IMG/VR virus record: IMGVR_UViG_3300017917_004093
Span: 121-64,120 of that record
Strand: one strand, 5' to 3'
Source of the DNA: a virus
Taxonomy: Duplodnaviria > Caudoviricetes
DNA: 64,000 nucleotides
Part shown: positions 18,384 to 28,451 of the stretch, piece by piece
Position numbering within the stretch: position 1 is the stretch's first letter
Layout: each line of letters begins with the position of its first letter
Notes under the pieces: generated by a model
Told to the model about the DNA's origin: nothing
The model's input: only the letters and a program-made list of their open reading frames with translations
Database searches by the model: none
Program-made: the position numbers and the translations under genes

Positions 18384-19156
18384 CACAGCCTCCGGGGTCG
18401 GTTGGGTTCACGCCAGCACAGCAAGTTTTTTTGAGCCTGCATGTTGCACTCCTGCATCCATTCTCGACTGGCAGTACTTAATTGTCCTGGTGCAACTGCA
18501 TCCAAATACTCAACATGTTCAGCGGGTGTGGGGTGAAAATCTCGTTTGGTTTCACCAGACAAGGGTATGCCGCCGGCTCTGCTCCACCAGGTGCCGCCAA
18601 AAACCACATCCAATACACTGGGTGCTATGATGTCCAGCACCTCCTGATACATTGCTCGAACATCACTATTGTCTGCAGTCTGCAGACTGGGATTGTTGCC
18701 CAGGCCAGTGTCCTCATTGGTTTTGGCCAAAGGAACCATGCTGAGAAATCGATATTTACAGCCCCAATGATCCAGTAGCTGTTGAGCAGCAGCAATGTTG
18801 GCCATGTCTCTGATCAAATAACCTCGTTCACAGGCAAACTTTTTCACATACTCCTGCGGCAATTGACTGCCAGCAGTCCAGTACACGTTGCCCCCTTCTA
18901 ACCAACGATTATGCACATACCTGTCTTCTCTACTGGTGTTGCTCCACATGATCCACACATGATCGTCTGGAGTCAAACGGTGCCTTTGATTACATTCAAT
19001 CAAACTCCACAGCATGTAACTGTTGCCGGCGCCACACAGTCCCCAATTTTCAAAAAAGTCGTACTGCCGGCCCAGTGCATCGGCCCAGGTTGGCCAACGC
19101 CAATATTGAGTAAAACTACATCCAAAAGTAAACAGTCTAGACACGATGTTTTCCAA
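18383..19156 (-). CDS. SGNH-like hypothetical protein
   Basis: FGCSFT, WPTWAD, GAGN, DFHPT. Confidence 0.55.
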   Translation of the reverse strand: MENIVSRLFTFGCSFTQYWRWPTWADALGRQYDFFENWGLCGAGNSYMLWSLIECNQRHRLTPDDHVWIMWSNTSREDRYVHNRWLEGGNVYWTAGSQLPQEYVKKFACERGYLIRDMANIAAAQQLLDHWGCKYRFLSMVPLAKTNEDTGLGNNPSLQTADNSDVRAMYQEVLDIIAPSVLDVVFGGTWWSRAGGIPLSGETKRDFHPTPAEHVEYLDAVAPGQLSTASREWMQECNMQAQKNLLCWREPNRPRRL

Positions 19157-19979
19157 ATGTTTGGCTCAGCTGCCATTGTTGATCGCTGACTGTAACATGT
19201 TGTTGTTCAAACCAGGCTCGATCATATTCCCAATCCTTTTGACTGGTGTGCAAAAATGCACTAGCTCCGTGTTTTTTGATTGGCAACGGTTCATTGCTGT
19301 ATCTATGCCTGTACACTTCGATCAGTTGAAATTCGCTCATGACCATTTTTTGGCCTTGAGGATCGAATGCAACCAAAGCTTGCTGTTCAAACAGATCTAG
19401 ATGCAAATCAAAAGTGGGTTGATGATGTATCGACTCAATGTGTTGTCTCAGTCCAATCAATAGATCCCGAGTAAGATATCTAAAAGGCACACTGCTCATG
19501 CACCAAAATTCTTGCTCATTGACAACCCAGGGCAAATCACAAGCCAACATGTGTTTGACATATGCTCGATTGCCATGATCAATGGGCGTGGGTTGATCGG
19601 GCACAGTGGCACTCACACAATCATACTTGGGTGCAGCTTCAAACACAACATCTGAATCAACCAACAACCAACCATTGCCGGATACAAATTGATCCAAATA
19701 CAATTTTACCAGCTGTTGTCTAAACCAGCCGCCTGTTTTGACTTTTTGCATGCCAGCAAAATCACTGAACCTGTGAAACTTTATATTGGCCGTGGGAAAA
19801 TTTTGTTTGATGTATTCCTGGCAGTCTTGAGGATAGCAGGGCCAATGAGCAATATCAAAATCATCAATGATAATGTCAATGGGCAGCTCGGGCAACCAGC
19901 GTTGCACACTACGAAGGCACAGGATTTGGTTGAAAAAATAACCAGCAAATGTGGTCAATACCACTCGGTCAGGAATCAC
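19137..19979 (-). CDS. putative glycosyltransferase-like protein (DUF6492-like)
   Basis: GWFRQQLVKL, LLVDSDV DxD, MSEF. Confidence 0.5.
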   Translation of the reverse strand: MIPDRVVLTTFAGYFFNQILCLRSVQRWLPELPIDIIIDDFDIAHWPCYPQDCQEYIKQNFPTANIKFHRFSDFAGMQKVKTGGWFRQQLVKLYLDQFVSGNGWLLVDSDVVFEAAPKYDCVSATVPDQPTPIDHGNRAYVKHMLACDLPWVVNEQEFWCMSSVPFRYLTRDLLIGLRQHIESIHHQPTFDLHLDLFEQQALVAFDPQGQKMVMSEFQLIEVYRHRYSNEPLPIKKHGASAFLHTSQKDWEYDRAWFEQQHVTVSDQQWQLSQTFGKHRV

Positions 19980-19982
19980 AGT

Positions 19983-21425
19983 TTACCTGTTGTGAGCCAA
20001 AACTTTCAATCTGTCTAGATCGGTGTTTTCTTCAAGGCCAAAATTGGTGGGGTTGCCCGTGTACTCATACATGCCACATTCGGCCAGGCCATGTGTGGGA
20101 CAGTATTCACCTGCTTCGGTCATGTTGCACTGGCCTTCTTTGACCTGTGTCACTGACTGTTCATCGCTGTCTACTGCTTTGGCCAGTTGATCAGGTTCCG
20201 CAGTTTGGTTTTGTTGGGGTTCAAGTAGGTCTAACACTGCTTGAATGTCCACACTGCGATCGGCCAGTTGTTGCATTCTGTTCAAAATTAATGGTCTTGC
20301 ATCTGCGTTGGCATCTTGGTCTGCTAATTCTTCCAATGCGTCAAACAATTCGTCATCGCCCAACACATCATACAGTTGTTCTGTGGTATTGGTTGCATCT
20401 GCGCCAACTGGCAGATCTTTGCTCATTAGATCTACCAACTTTTGTTTGGACTCAGGAGTGTCTGGCACAGCCCAGGTTCCTTCCACTAGATTGTCGATCC
20501 AGGATTCAAATATTTGTGTTTCTTTCATGGCATTGGCCTCTTGAGTAATTCTAGCCAGCAGCGGAAGTGCCTCTTCAATTCTGTGATCCAGTGTCTGTTT
20601 CACAAACATATCTTTGAGTTCTTCAACTATTACATCGCCTTCTGTGATCTGAGTTGGCGTCCAGTTTTCAAAATAATGAGCATATCCTCGTGGTGATCCT
20701 AGATGTTTGAGAATGCCCTGCATGTTTTTGTAGTAGGCGTCAGTTTGTTCAACCAGTTGTTTGGTTTCGCCCTCGAAGATTTGACCAGCATTGGCTCTGC
20801 GAAAACGACTGAGCACAGCAAGTTCTTCTACAATAGCATCAATGTGTTGACCACGTGCATCGTAGGGGCGACCTCCCTGTCTAACATGTTCCAGCATGGC
20901 CTTGCCAGCAGTCAAACTACGAGACTTGAGACGATAACGCTCACCTTCGGCAGTTTCAATAAAAATACTTTCAATATATCTAAATCGTGCTTCGCCTTCG
21001 CGCAGACTCTTTTTGTGTCTTATTACCAGTCTGGCTTGGGTAGGTTCCGCATTCCAACTCAATTTTCCACGGCCTTGCCACGACTCTGTAATGGCTGCTT
21101 GACCTTGTTGGGTATAACGCAGTCGGTTGATGTTTTCAGGTTGAAAGGTTAAAAAATTACGGGTGGCAAACTGTTTGAGTTGAGACAGAAAGGCAAACCA
21201 ATTTGTCTTGTCCTCGGGTTCCATGCTTTTGCCATATTGATCACCAAAAAACACAATCAACTCATTTTCCGGAGTCACAGCCACAACCACTGTGCCGTAG
21301 TTTTTTCCAGATTCTGCTGTCCAATCAAATCTGAATCTATCTGCTGAGGGATCGCTGTTGGTCAGTCTTAGATTTCTGCTGATCAATAAATCGTACAATT
21401 TTTCGGATGTGTTGTTCTGCGCCAT
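19983..21425 (-). CDS. conserved late hypothetical protein, probably virion-associated
   Basis: 480 aa; TAAATA 7 nt before ATG; several hydrophobic-x-E sites. Confidence 0.6.
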   Translation of the reverse strand: MAQNNTSEKLYDLLISRNLRLTNSDPSADRFRFDWTAESGKNYGTVVVAVTPENELIVFFGDQYGKSMEPEDKTNWFAFLSQLKQFATRNFLTFQPENINRLRYTQQGQAAITESWQGRGKLSWNAEPTQARLVIRHKKSLREGEARFRYIESIFIETAEGERYRLKSRSLTAGKAMLEHVRQGGRPYDARGQHIDAIVEELAVLSRFRRANAGQIFEGETKQLVEQTDAYYKNMQGILKHLGSPRGYAHYFENWTPTQITEGDVIVEELKDMFVKQTLDHRIEEALPLLARITQEANAMKETQIFESWIDNLVEGTWAVPDTPESKQKLVDLMSKDLPVGADATNTTEQLYDVLGDDELFDALEELADQDANADARPLILNRMQQLADRSVDIQAVLDLLEPQQNQTAEPDQLAKAVDSDEQSVTQVKEGQCNMTEAGEYCPTHGLAECGMYEYTGNPTNFGLEENTDLDRLKVLAHNR

Positions 21426-21435
21426 AGTAGTATAT

Positions 21436-23007
21436 TTAGCGCATCATAATAAAGGGCAACGGCTCAATCAGCGGCTCGCTGCGATGATCCCTAAGTTGAC
21501 GATCTAGATCTGTGTGATAGTTCTGCAATTCCTGCATCATGCGTACAACCAATAATGTAGACATAACCAAATCATCAGTTTCCCCTGGTTTGGCTGCATA
21601 GCTGGTTCCGTGTGCTACAAAAGTCTTTAGCTCAGAAACCAAAGGGGCGCTACGGAGTTTCATACGCCCACTTTCTATCAAGACTTTGAGCTTGTTGCAG
21701 GCGGTAAGTTTGCTTTTGTTTGTGGTATTAAAACCCTTGCGTAATCTACGGCCGCTGGCGCCGGTCACTGATCCATCGCTGAGAAAGTAGCCCGGAATGT
21801 TTTCTTCCCCATATTCAGCTATGGAAATCAGTGCAGCTTCGCCAATGGTATTGTTTTCTACTGAGTAGTACACACTGTCTGGCTTTTTCACAATGTCACT
21901 GATGTGTTTGACAATGTCGGCCAGTATTCTTACCTGGGTAGGAATGTCAGTGCGATTATGACGCCATTCTCCTATTTGCTCTGTGGTGTTGGCTTCGAAT
22001 ATTTGTATGGCAGCAGGATCGCCACCTGTGCCCAAACTGGGATCCAGTGCAACTACATAAATTTTGTCAGGTTCAGGATTTTTATACCAGCGCACCTGTC
22101 CTGTTTTATATAGGGGCTCGCCACCTTTGAGATCCAACAACTTGGCAGGCGCAATTAGCGTTTCATCGTTGATAATGAATTCGCAGCCAATTTCTCGTCG
22201 AAATCGGTCTGAGCCCAGCTGGGCTTCCATGTCTTTGCCCCATTGTTCGTCTCGGTCCGGGTGTTCTTGCCAGTAGCTGCGGTAGGCCTTGAAACCGTTG
22301 ATGCCTACTTCTGTGGGGTTGCCAAATTCATCTTGACATTTGTTGGCCTGTTTCCAAATGATTGCAAACTGATCTTCGTCTGAGTTGGGGGTGGAAGTGA
22401 TAATGGCCTTACCACCAGTGGCCAGGGTGGGACTGATAGAAGTCCAAAACTCTTGTGCAATTGTGGGTCTCACGAACGCAAATTCGTCTGCGTACAACAG
22501 CGAAATACTCATACCCCGTCCGGTGTTTTCTGTTGTGGTTGCTGAGACAATTCTTGATCCGTTTTCAAAGTCAATGCTGCCTTTGTTATAACTGATCACA
22601 CCAGCACGAATATGGTCCGGACACATTTCATAGGCAAATCTAATACGCTGCATGATTTCCTGCGCACCTGTGTACTTGTGTGCTGCAATCAAAATGGTAG
22701 AGTCAGGTATGAACATGGCATACCACAACAGATAGCCTGCTGCCGACGTGGATTTGCCGGTCTGTCGCGGCATCATGGAAATGCTAAAGCGATAATTATG
22801 ATAGGTATGAATCAGTTTCTTTTGGTACTCGTAGGGATGGTACAACATCTTGCCCCGTGTTGGGTGTTGGATGTAGAAAAAGTGATCCAGGAAGTAGGCT
22901 GGACCTGTGTTGGGGTCCGCACAGCTAACAAATTCGTCCAGCTGGTGCTCAGTGAAAATTTGCTTTTTGTGCGGTGCCTTGACCAGTACACCTTCAAGTG
23001 TGCTCAT
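21436..23007 (-). CDS. terminase large subunit (gp17-like)
   Basis: PRQTGKST Walker A, YADEFAF Walker B, TSTPN, LDPSLG and DDLV nuclease motifs. Confidence 0.93.
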   Translation of the reverse strand: MSTLEGVLVKAPHKKQIFTEHQLDEFVSCADPNTGPAYFLDHFFYIQHPTRGKMLYHPYEYQKKLIHTYHNYRFSISMMPRQTGKSTSAAGYLLWYAMFIPDSTILIAAHKYTGAQEIMQRIRFAYEMCPDHIRAGVISYNKGSIDFENGSRIVSATTTENTGRGMSISLLYADEFAFVRPTIAQEFWTSISPTLATGGKAIITSTPNSDEDQFAIIWKQANKCQDEFGNPTEVGINGFKAYRSYWQEHPDRDEQWGKDMEAQLGSDRFRREIGCEFIINDETLIAPAKLLDLKGGEPLYKTGQVRWYKNPEPDKIYVVALDPSLGTGGDPAAIQIFEANTTEQIGEWRHNRTDIPTQVRILADIVKHISDIVKKPDSVYYSVENNTIGEAALISIAEYGEENIPGYFLSDGSVTGASGRRLRKGFNTTNKSKLTACNKLKVLIESGRMKLRSAPLVSELKTFVAHGTSYAAKPGETDDLVMSTLLVVRMMQELQNYHTDLDRQLRDHRSEPLIEPLPFIMMR

Positions 23008-23015
23008 GGCAGTAT

Positions 23016-23288
23016 TTACTTGGCTTTGGTCTGGATCAGCGCAAACCAGGCCGGGGTTCCGGGTTGTATGCCCAGACGCTTTGCTTCGTTGCGCAATTGA
23101 AAATGTTGATCTTGTATTTGCTGCCGCTTGTGGGTGTCGTAGGCTGCTGTTACAGATTCCGGAGATAGAGTCCCCAGTATGCCTTGTCCCCTGAACTGAT
23201 TTATTGGGTCAGCAGGATCCAAATAACAATCGCTGTCTGTGGACAGCGATCCGAGGTTGCTGGTAGAAAACTTTATTTGTTTGGTCAT
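23016..23288 (-). CDS. hypothetical protein
   Basis: ATGA overlap with the nuclease stop; IQPGTPAWF motif. Confidence 0.6.
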   Translation of the reverse strand: MTKQIKFSTSNLGSLSTDSDCYLDPADPINQFRGQGILGTLSPESVTAAYDTHKRQQIQDQHFQLRNEAKRLGIQPGTPAWFALIQTKAK

Positions 23289-23719
23289 TGACACCAGCTT
23301 TGTTTGGCGTCTCCATAGTATTCGCGAGCAAATCCGTTGCGAATCAGCTCGGCCCGCAGGCTAACACCATTCAAAATAAGATCTCCCAATACACGTCCGC
23401 CAAACTTGTCCCAAGCATAAATTGTAACCTGATGCTTTTGGGTACTAGCCACAGCCTGTTTTGTAAAGGCAGTTGCAGCCTGTCCTCGTTGATCTTCTGA
23501 GGGGCACTGAGCTCTAAATCCTTTTTCAGGAGTGTCAACTCCAAAGACTCTGATAGCCAATTCTGGCTTGAGCGGTGCAGGTAGAAACGGTGCTGCTATG
23601 ACCACAGTATCACCGTCGTTGACACGGATGATCTTGGCATCATAGGTTACCCCCTGTGGTGTTTTTTGTGCAAATGCCAACAATGGCAACATCATTAATA
23701 TAATTAGCAATTTCTTCAT
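23285..23719 (-). CDS. staphylococcal-nuclease (thermonuclease) family protein with signal peptide
   Basis: RVNDGDT, IRVFGVDTPEK, DKFGGRVLG; N-terminal MKKLLIILMMLPLLAFA. Confidence 0.85.
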   Translation of the reverse strand: MKKLLIILMMLPLLAFAQKTPQGVTYDAKIIRVNDGDTVVIAAPFLPAPLKPELAIRVFGVDTPEKGFRAQCPSEDQRGQAATAFTKQAVASTQKHQVTIYAWDKFGGRVLGDLILNGVSLRAELIRNGFAREYYGDAKQSWCQ

Positions 23720-23720
23720 G

Positions 23721-25325
23721 TTATGTTATCTCCTGCCATTCGATGCTGGCATACACATCTTGGTTCTGTCCTGTGGTGGCCATGGTGATCACATATTCAT
23801 AGGCCACGCCGGTGAATGGATCGCGCTCCAGCTGGTATTCAAAACCAAACGCTTCTTGGGTGGGTGATCCACTGGTTTGATTGGTGGAGTTTATGAAGGT
23901 CTGTTCTGCTATGTCGCCTGATACCAGAGCAGTGGGTGTGAGGTTGTATTCTACCGAGCTGTCGGCGGCCGAGCTGGTCCAAGTTCCTCCTGATGTGATG
24001 GCTTTTTTATACACACGGAACTGGAATATGCTCTGGGCCACTGGTATCAAGGAATAGTTGATGGGTATGACCACTGCATTGAGTCTGTTGCTCTTGAGGC
24101 GTATGCTGATCACGGGCAGGAAGCTACTGTTATTGGGCAGAGTCCTGGGTGCGGCAATCAAGTGCGAAGCCGCACGAGGATTACCCGATCCTGACAACTG
24201 GAATCCACCTTCGGAAATCACTGAGCTACAGATCTGTGTCATCATGCTGGCACCAGTGGTATTGCCTGTGTTGGTTATTTCATATCGTATAGGCAAAGTG
24301 GCTGTGGTCATGTAGACTTTGGTATTGCCTAATTGGTTGGCATGATTGAATCTATGACAAATGACATAAGTACCGTCGATTACAAATCCTACTCTCACTG
24401 TGCCTACCCCCAACCACTCCACATCCGCAAACATGATCTGTGTGCGTTGTGGGTATAGGTTTATACCAGTGGGATTGTTGGCATTGACCACGCCAAGAAG
24501 TTGATTGCCATTCCACGCATCTTGCCGTACACGTTCCTCTACTCCTGTACTTCCTGATCGAATAACAAAGTAGTTGTAATCGCCATCATTTTCAAAGAAC
24601 ACACCATCGTTGGCATCAAACAAACCCACACGCTGTCGTAGACCAGTCTTGGGTTCGTTCATACAGAAGGTGTTCAGTGTGAGCTGACTCTTACCAGGCT
24701 GATAAGGAAACGGCTTCAGTGTTTCTCTCAATACACTGTCTCCGGCAGTTGCGCCTACATTTAATTGATAACTACTTTGATTGCTGACATACACTACATT
24801 GGCTGTGCCAGAAATGCTGTTGGCAAACTGTCCGTGATCAAAATACCGTGCCTGAGTGTCAAACAGGGTGTAGGGATTGCTTACACGCAAACGACCAAAC
24901 GCATCTGAAGTAGCTCCAGAAAATCCTGATATGACCACATTGGCATCGTCGGCCAACACAACATTAGCTGTGCCTGATATACCTACGTTGCCAGACACTA
25001 CCCAAGGACTTGTGCCTTGTGTGACATTTACATTGCCTGTAATACCCACATTGCCTGATGTGATAGCCACATTTGCGTTGCCAGTAACCAGCCAAGGACT
25101 TGTGCCTTGCAGCACAGTTACATTGCCTATCACTGCCACAGGCATGGAATTTCCCGAAAGATCAATGTTGCCCAAAGATCCAATGCTCACATTGCCCACT
25201 GACACATTACCAATCAGAGCCGCATTGGTACGAACAAAAACGTTGCCTGTGGCTTCGTCCAGTTCCAAGGCCTGCGTTATGTTACGCAAGTACCATGGTG
25301 CAACTTGTGAGGGATTTGGTTCCAT
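23721..25325 (-). CDS. putative virion structural protein
   Basis: GNV-rich N-terminal repeats with duplicated QGTSPW, DAFGRLRVS, lectin-like beta C-terminus; TAAGTA late-like motif upstream. Confidence 0.6.
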   Translation of the reverse strand: MEPNPSQVAPWYLRNITQALELDEATGNVFVRTNAALIGNVSVGNVSIGSLGNIDLSGNSMPVAVIGNVTVLQGTSPWLVTGNANVAITSGNVGITGNVNVTQGTSPWVVSGNVGISGTANVVLADDANVVISGFSGATSDAFGRLRVSNPYTLFDTQARYFDHGQFANSISGTANVVYVSNQSSYQLNVGATAGDSVLRETLKPFPYQPGKSQLTLNTFCMNEPKTGLRQRVGLFDANDGVFFENDGDYNYFVIRSGSTGVEERVRQDAWNGNQLLGVVNANNPTGINLYPQRTQIMFADVEWLGVGTVRVGFVIDGTYVICHRFNHANQLGNTKVYMTTATLPIRYEITNTGNTTGASMMTQICSSVISEGGFQLSGSGNPRAASHLIAAPRTLPNNSSFLPVISIRLKSNRLNAVVIPINYSLIPVAQSIFQFRVYKKAITSGGTWTSSAADSSVEYNLTPTALVSGDIAEQTFINSTNQTSGSPTQEAFGFEYQLERDPFTGVAYEYVITMATTGQNQDVYASIEWQEIT

Positions 25326-25346
25326 GTTATAATGCTCTGTTATCTA

Positions 25347-26081
25347 TTACTTATGATTTTGAATTCGATCTGCCCAGGCCGTGGTACTGAGCCATGTTTG
25401 ATAAATGTGGGCTGCTGTGGTTTGATGTTGTGCTAGATGTGGCAAAATGCCTGCTAAAATTGTGTCTTTGTCTTGCACTGAACAGTATTGGCTGCGGGCC
25501 TGTGCCCATTTGGGGTCATCGTCGTCGACCCAGGCCTGTGCTTTTTCTTCGTCCATTTCAATGTGAAACTGCATGGCCAAATGTGGACCCAGCGCCCAAG
25601 CTTGATTGGGGCATGCAGGAGATCCAGCCAGTCGCACTGCACCAGTGGGCACAGAAAATGCTTCGTAGTGCCAGTGAATCACGGTGGGTGTGGGATCGGG
25701 TCCAAACCAATGTTGAACCAAGGGATGATCTGCCCAGTCTATGGGTTGCCAACCAATTTCGGGGTGCGGCGATGCAGCCACTGTACCGCCCAAGGCTCGA
25801 GTCATTAGTTGTCCGCCAAGACAATGACCAATCACAGGTATATTCAGGCGCATGGCCTGTAATATTAATATTTCAGCTTGACGATTGCTCAACAGCGGAT
25901 CATTGGAGCTCATGCCGCCGCCCATGACAGCCAGGGCCGAGTAGGGCTCTATGCTAGCAGGAAATTCTTGACCTGCACCAGCATTTCGTGCTTCATACGG
26001 TACATGATGCTGATTCAACCAAGTGGCTAGATATGCTGGTCGTTCCGGTGTTTGATGCTGAAGTATCAGTACTGGCTTCAT
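25347..26081 (-). CDS. class I glutamine amidotransferase-like protein
   Basis: GHCLGGQL nucleophile elbow, MGGGMS, QFHIE His-Glu; GAGG SD before ATG 26081. Confidence 0.85.
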   Translation of the reverse strand: MKPVLILQHQTPERPAYLATWLNQHHVPYEARNAGAGQEFPASIEPYSALAVMGGGMSSNDPLLSNRQAEILILQAMRLNIPVIGHCLGGQLMTRALGGTVAASPHPEIGWQPIDWADHPLVQHWFGPDPTPTVIHWHYEAFSVPTGAVRLAGSPACPNQAWALGPHLAMQFHIEMDEEKAQAWVDDDDPKWAQARSQYCSVQDKDTILAGILPHLAQHQTTAAHIYQTWLSTTAWADRIQNHK

Positions 26082-26094
26082 GCCTGCCTCTGGA

Positions 26095-26481
26095 TTATCG
26101 TGGATAACCACCAAAGGCCTTTATTGGGCTTGCTTTATCAACAAATTCAGGTTCTTCACTTTTTGCTGTGCTTACTAGTCGTTTGCCGCCAGGAGTCTTG
26201 GTCATTCTAAGAGCAGCATCAATGATGGGATCAACGTTGTTACTAAATCCTACAACCACACCATTTTCGCCAAACGCAGTTTCGGCCGTCCAGCTGGGTC
26301 TAAAGGGATTTTGTGTGTCCGGCTTGGCATCACTTCTAGCACGAGCTATGGCCACACCAAATCTATAATTTTTGTAGGGGTCAGATGCGCTGAGACCTGG
26401 TATTACAAAAGTATTTTGCAAGGGTTCACGAGATTCTGGCGGAAGCTCTCGTTGTTCTCGTATAAACTCGCGGGCTCTCAT
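26095..26481 (-). CDS. putative capsid-internal protein, paralog A
   Basis: MRAREFIRE N-terminus; YRFGVAIA; C-terminal SPIKAFGGYPR. Confidence 0.6.
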   Translation of the reverse strand: MRAREFIREQRELPPESREPLQNTFVIPGLSASDPYKNYRFGVAIARARSDAKPDTQNPFRPSWTAETAFGENGVVVGFSNNVDPIIDAALRMTKTPGGKRLVSTAKSEEPEFVDKASPIKAFGGYPR

Positions 26482-26876
26482 CTGGGGTATCCTTTGAACC
26501 CTTTGATGGGGCTGGTTTTTTGTACCCAGTCTGCTTCTGTGCTGCGGTTGTCGGTCATTTTGGTAACACGGCCTGCGCCCACTGCTCGGGCAGCAGCATT
26601 GACTTTTTCCAAATCAGCATCGCTGTATGTGGCCAACAAGGGATCACCAGCAAAAGCACCTGCAGGTGGTGTGGGATAATCTGGTGCACCAGCCATGGCA
26701 ATGCCAAAACGCCATTGAGTATAAGGGCTGCCGCCCTGCTTGGTTTGACTGATGTCTGGCATTGTGATCAGTCCTTTGAGAGCTGCTACCTGTGATTTTG
26801 GTAACTTACTGGCGTCCGCAGGCACATCGGCTGCGCTGCCGTATCGTGCTTCACTGACAAATTCTTTAGCTCTCAT
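26478..26876 (-). CDS. putative capsid-internal protein, paralog B
   Basis: MRAKEFVSE N-terminus; WRFGIAMAG; C-terminal SPIKGFKGYPR. Confidence 0.6.
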   Translation of the reverse strand: MRAKEFVSEARYGSAADVPADASKLPKSQVAALKGLITMPDISQTKQGGSPYTQWRFGIAMAGAPDYPTPPAGAFAGDPLLATYSDADLEKVNAAARAVGAGRVTKMTDNRSTEADWVQKTSPIKGFKGYPR

Positions 26877-27754
26877 TTTTCAATGTCTTTCAAACGCAAT
26901 TCGTCAAATGGTTGATCTTTGTCGTTTCTGTTCCACAATTCTCGATTGCTCAACAGTTCGACCCAGGTTTGACGATCGGGCTGATTCAGCTTCCAAAAGT
27001 CAAACTGCAAATTGCTGCTGACTGGTCTGCAATACAAAGTGCGCTCTCGAGGCACACACAATTGCTGACTGGTAGTACGCATCTTTTTGCTTTCAGTACT
27101 GGTCCTCATAATATTTAGCTGCGGATCGTCTATGTAGATCTTGCACATGCCATCCACAAGGTCCTGTGGGGTGCGAGCATTTTTGACCACAGCCTGTGCC
27201 TGTGCCAGCCTAGATTCGCTGCTGATACGATCCAAATGTTCAGCACGATTCCGGGGGTTACGTTGAAATCCTGACCACTCCAGCCATTGGCCGTGATTGG
27301 TTCTGGCCACCAGTTGATCCTGCGGTATGTGTCTAATTACATATCTATAAGGCTTGGTGCCGTCTTGATCACTGCCTTCGATCAAGTACAGATCTTGTTC
27401 GTTGAACACCATGGTACAACCCACTAGATTTCGCTTGATCAAATGTTTGGCTGCACTCAGCGGATCTTGCATGGCCAGTGCTTCTGAAATATATTTGCCG
27501 TCAGGACTGGATGCTGCTTTGCCTGCTGCAACTTCAGGTTCGTCGTCCATTACATCAAGGCTGGTGTTGAGTATGCTCACCCCGTGGCTGTTGAGACCTT
27601 CCTTGTAGCCAGTGACTTGATCGTGCATCATCACTCGCTCAGTGCCGTTGTGCTGGTCTATGATAAAGTCCAAGGTAGGCACATAAGTTCTGTCCCGGTT
27701 TTTGGCGCCTGCCCATCCTATGTCGGGAAAATATTTGGCTACTATGATGCACAT
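26873..27754 (-). CDS. Ntn-hydrolase (N-terminal Cys; NRDE/peptidase C45-like)
   Basis: MCIIV start, KNRDR, EGLNSHGVSI, RTNH, SSESR. Confidence 0.65.
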   Translation of the reverse strand: MCIIVAKYFPDIGWAGAKNRDRTYVPTLDFIIDQHNGTERVMMHDQVTGYKEGLNSHGVSILNTSLDVMDDEPEVAAGKAASSPDGKYISEALAMQDPLSAAKHLIKRNLVGCTMVFNEQDLYLIEGSDQDGTKPYRYVIRHIPQDQLVARTNHGQWLEWSGFQRNPRNRAEHLDRISSESRLAQAQAVVKNARTPQDLVDGMCKIYIDDPQLNIMRTSTESKKMRTTSQQLCVPRERTLYCRPVSSNLQFDFWKLNQPDRQTWVELLSNRELWNRNDKDQPFDELRLKDIEK

Positions 27755-27756
27755 AG

Positions 27757-28137
27757 TTATTTTTGGTAGCCTGCAAATGGTTTGACTGGACTAGTGTTGT
27801 TCACATAGTCAGGCTCAAAGCTGCCAGGCTCAACATGATTGGTGGGCTTCATGCCCAGTTTTTTCATGATTGCAAAAAGTTTTTTACGATCATATTCTGT
27901 GTAGGCACTGAATGCAGGCAAATTGCCAAAAAAGCTGATGTCGTCGGCATTTTCCAAACGATCAATGTCCATGCCTGCAAGACTGGCCACACGATAAAAA
28001 TCGTAGTATCTGCCCCAGTATACATCGCCATTGGCTTTGGGTCCAACCATGCCGGGGTGTGCTACATCAAACTCATGATTGGCCATGGCTCTACGACCGG
28101 GTCTACGGCTTTCAGTGACAAATTCACTGGCTCGCAT
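27757..28137 (-). CDS. putative capsid-internal protein, paralog C
   Basis: MRASEFVTE N-terminus; YRVASLAG; C-terminal SPVKPFAGYQK. Confidence 0.6.
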   Translation of the reverse strand: MRASEFVTESRRPGRRAMANHEFDVAHPGMVGPKANGDVYWGRYYDFYRVASLAGMDIDRLENADDISFFGNLPAFSAYTEYDRKKLFAIMKKLGMKPTNHVEPGSFEPDYVNNTSPVKPFAGYQK

Positions 28138-28142
28138 GGCTG

Positions 28143-28436
28143 TCAACTTTGATAGGTAGGTACACCAATTACACCAGCCTGGGCCGATGTTCTTGTGCCG
28201 GCTTCGGCAGCTGTGAAGTTTGATCCGGTAATGTTGAGATAATTGCCAACACCCACATACACATATTCATAGCTGTTTGCAGGTACTGCCACTGCATTGG
28301 AATAAATGCTGTTTCCAAAATCTGGAGCTAACCAAACCTGATAGGTTACCGAAGTGTTACCTGTAGCAATTTGTACTTTGTCAGTTTGCCACACAACATT
28401 GGCCACTGAAGTATAAACATTTGCTTGACTTGCCAT
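28143..28436 (-). CDS. small putative virion protein
   Basis: 97 aa, beta-rich, in the late operon. Confidence 0.55.
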   Translation of the reverse strand: MASQANVYTSVANVVWQTDKVQIATGNTSVTYQVWLAPDFGNSIYSNAVAVPANSYEYVYVGVGNYLNITGSNFTAAEAGTRTSAQAGVIGVPTYQS

Positions 28437-28451
28437 AACTTGTTCTTTCCT

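Noticed and set aside
21436-23007. Intein or intron in terminase, UvsX or UvsW
   Set aside because: Normal lengths and contiguous motifs; no splice-junction or LAGLIDADG signatures seen
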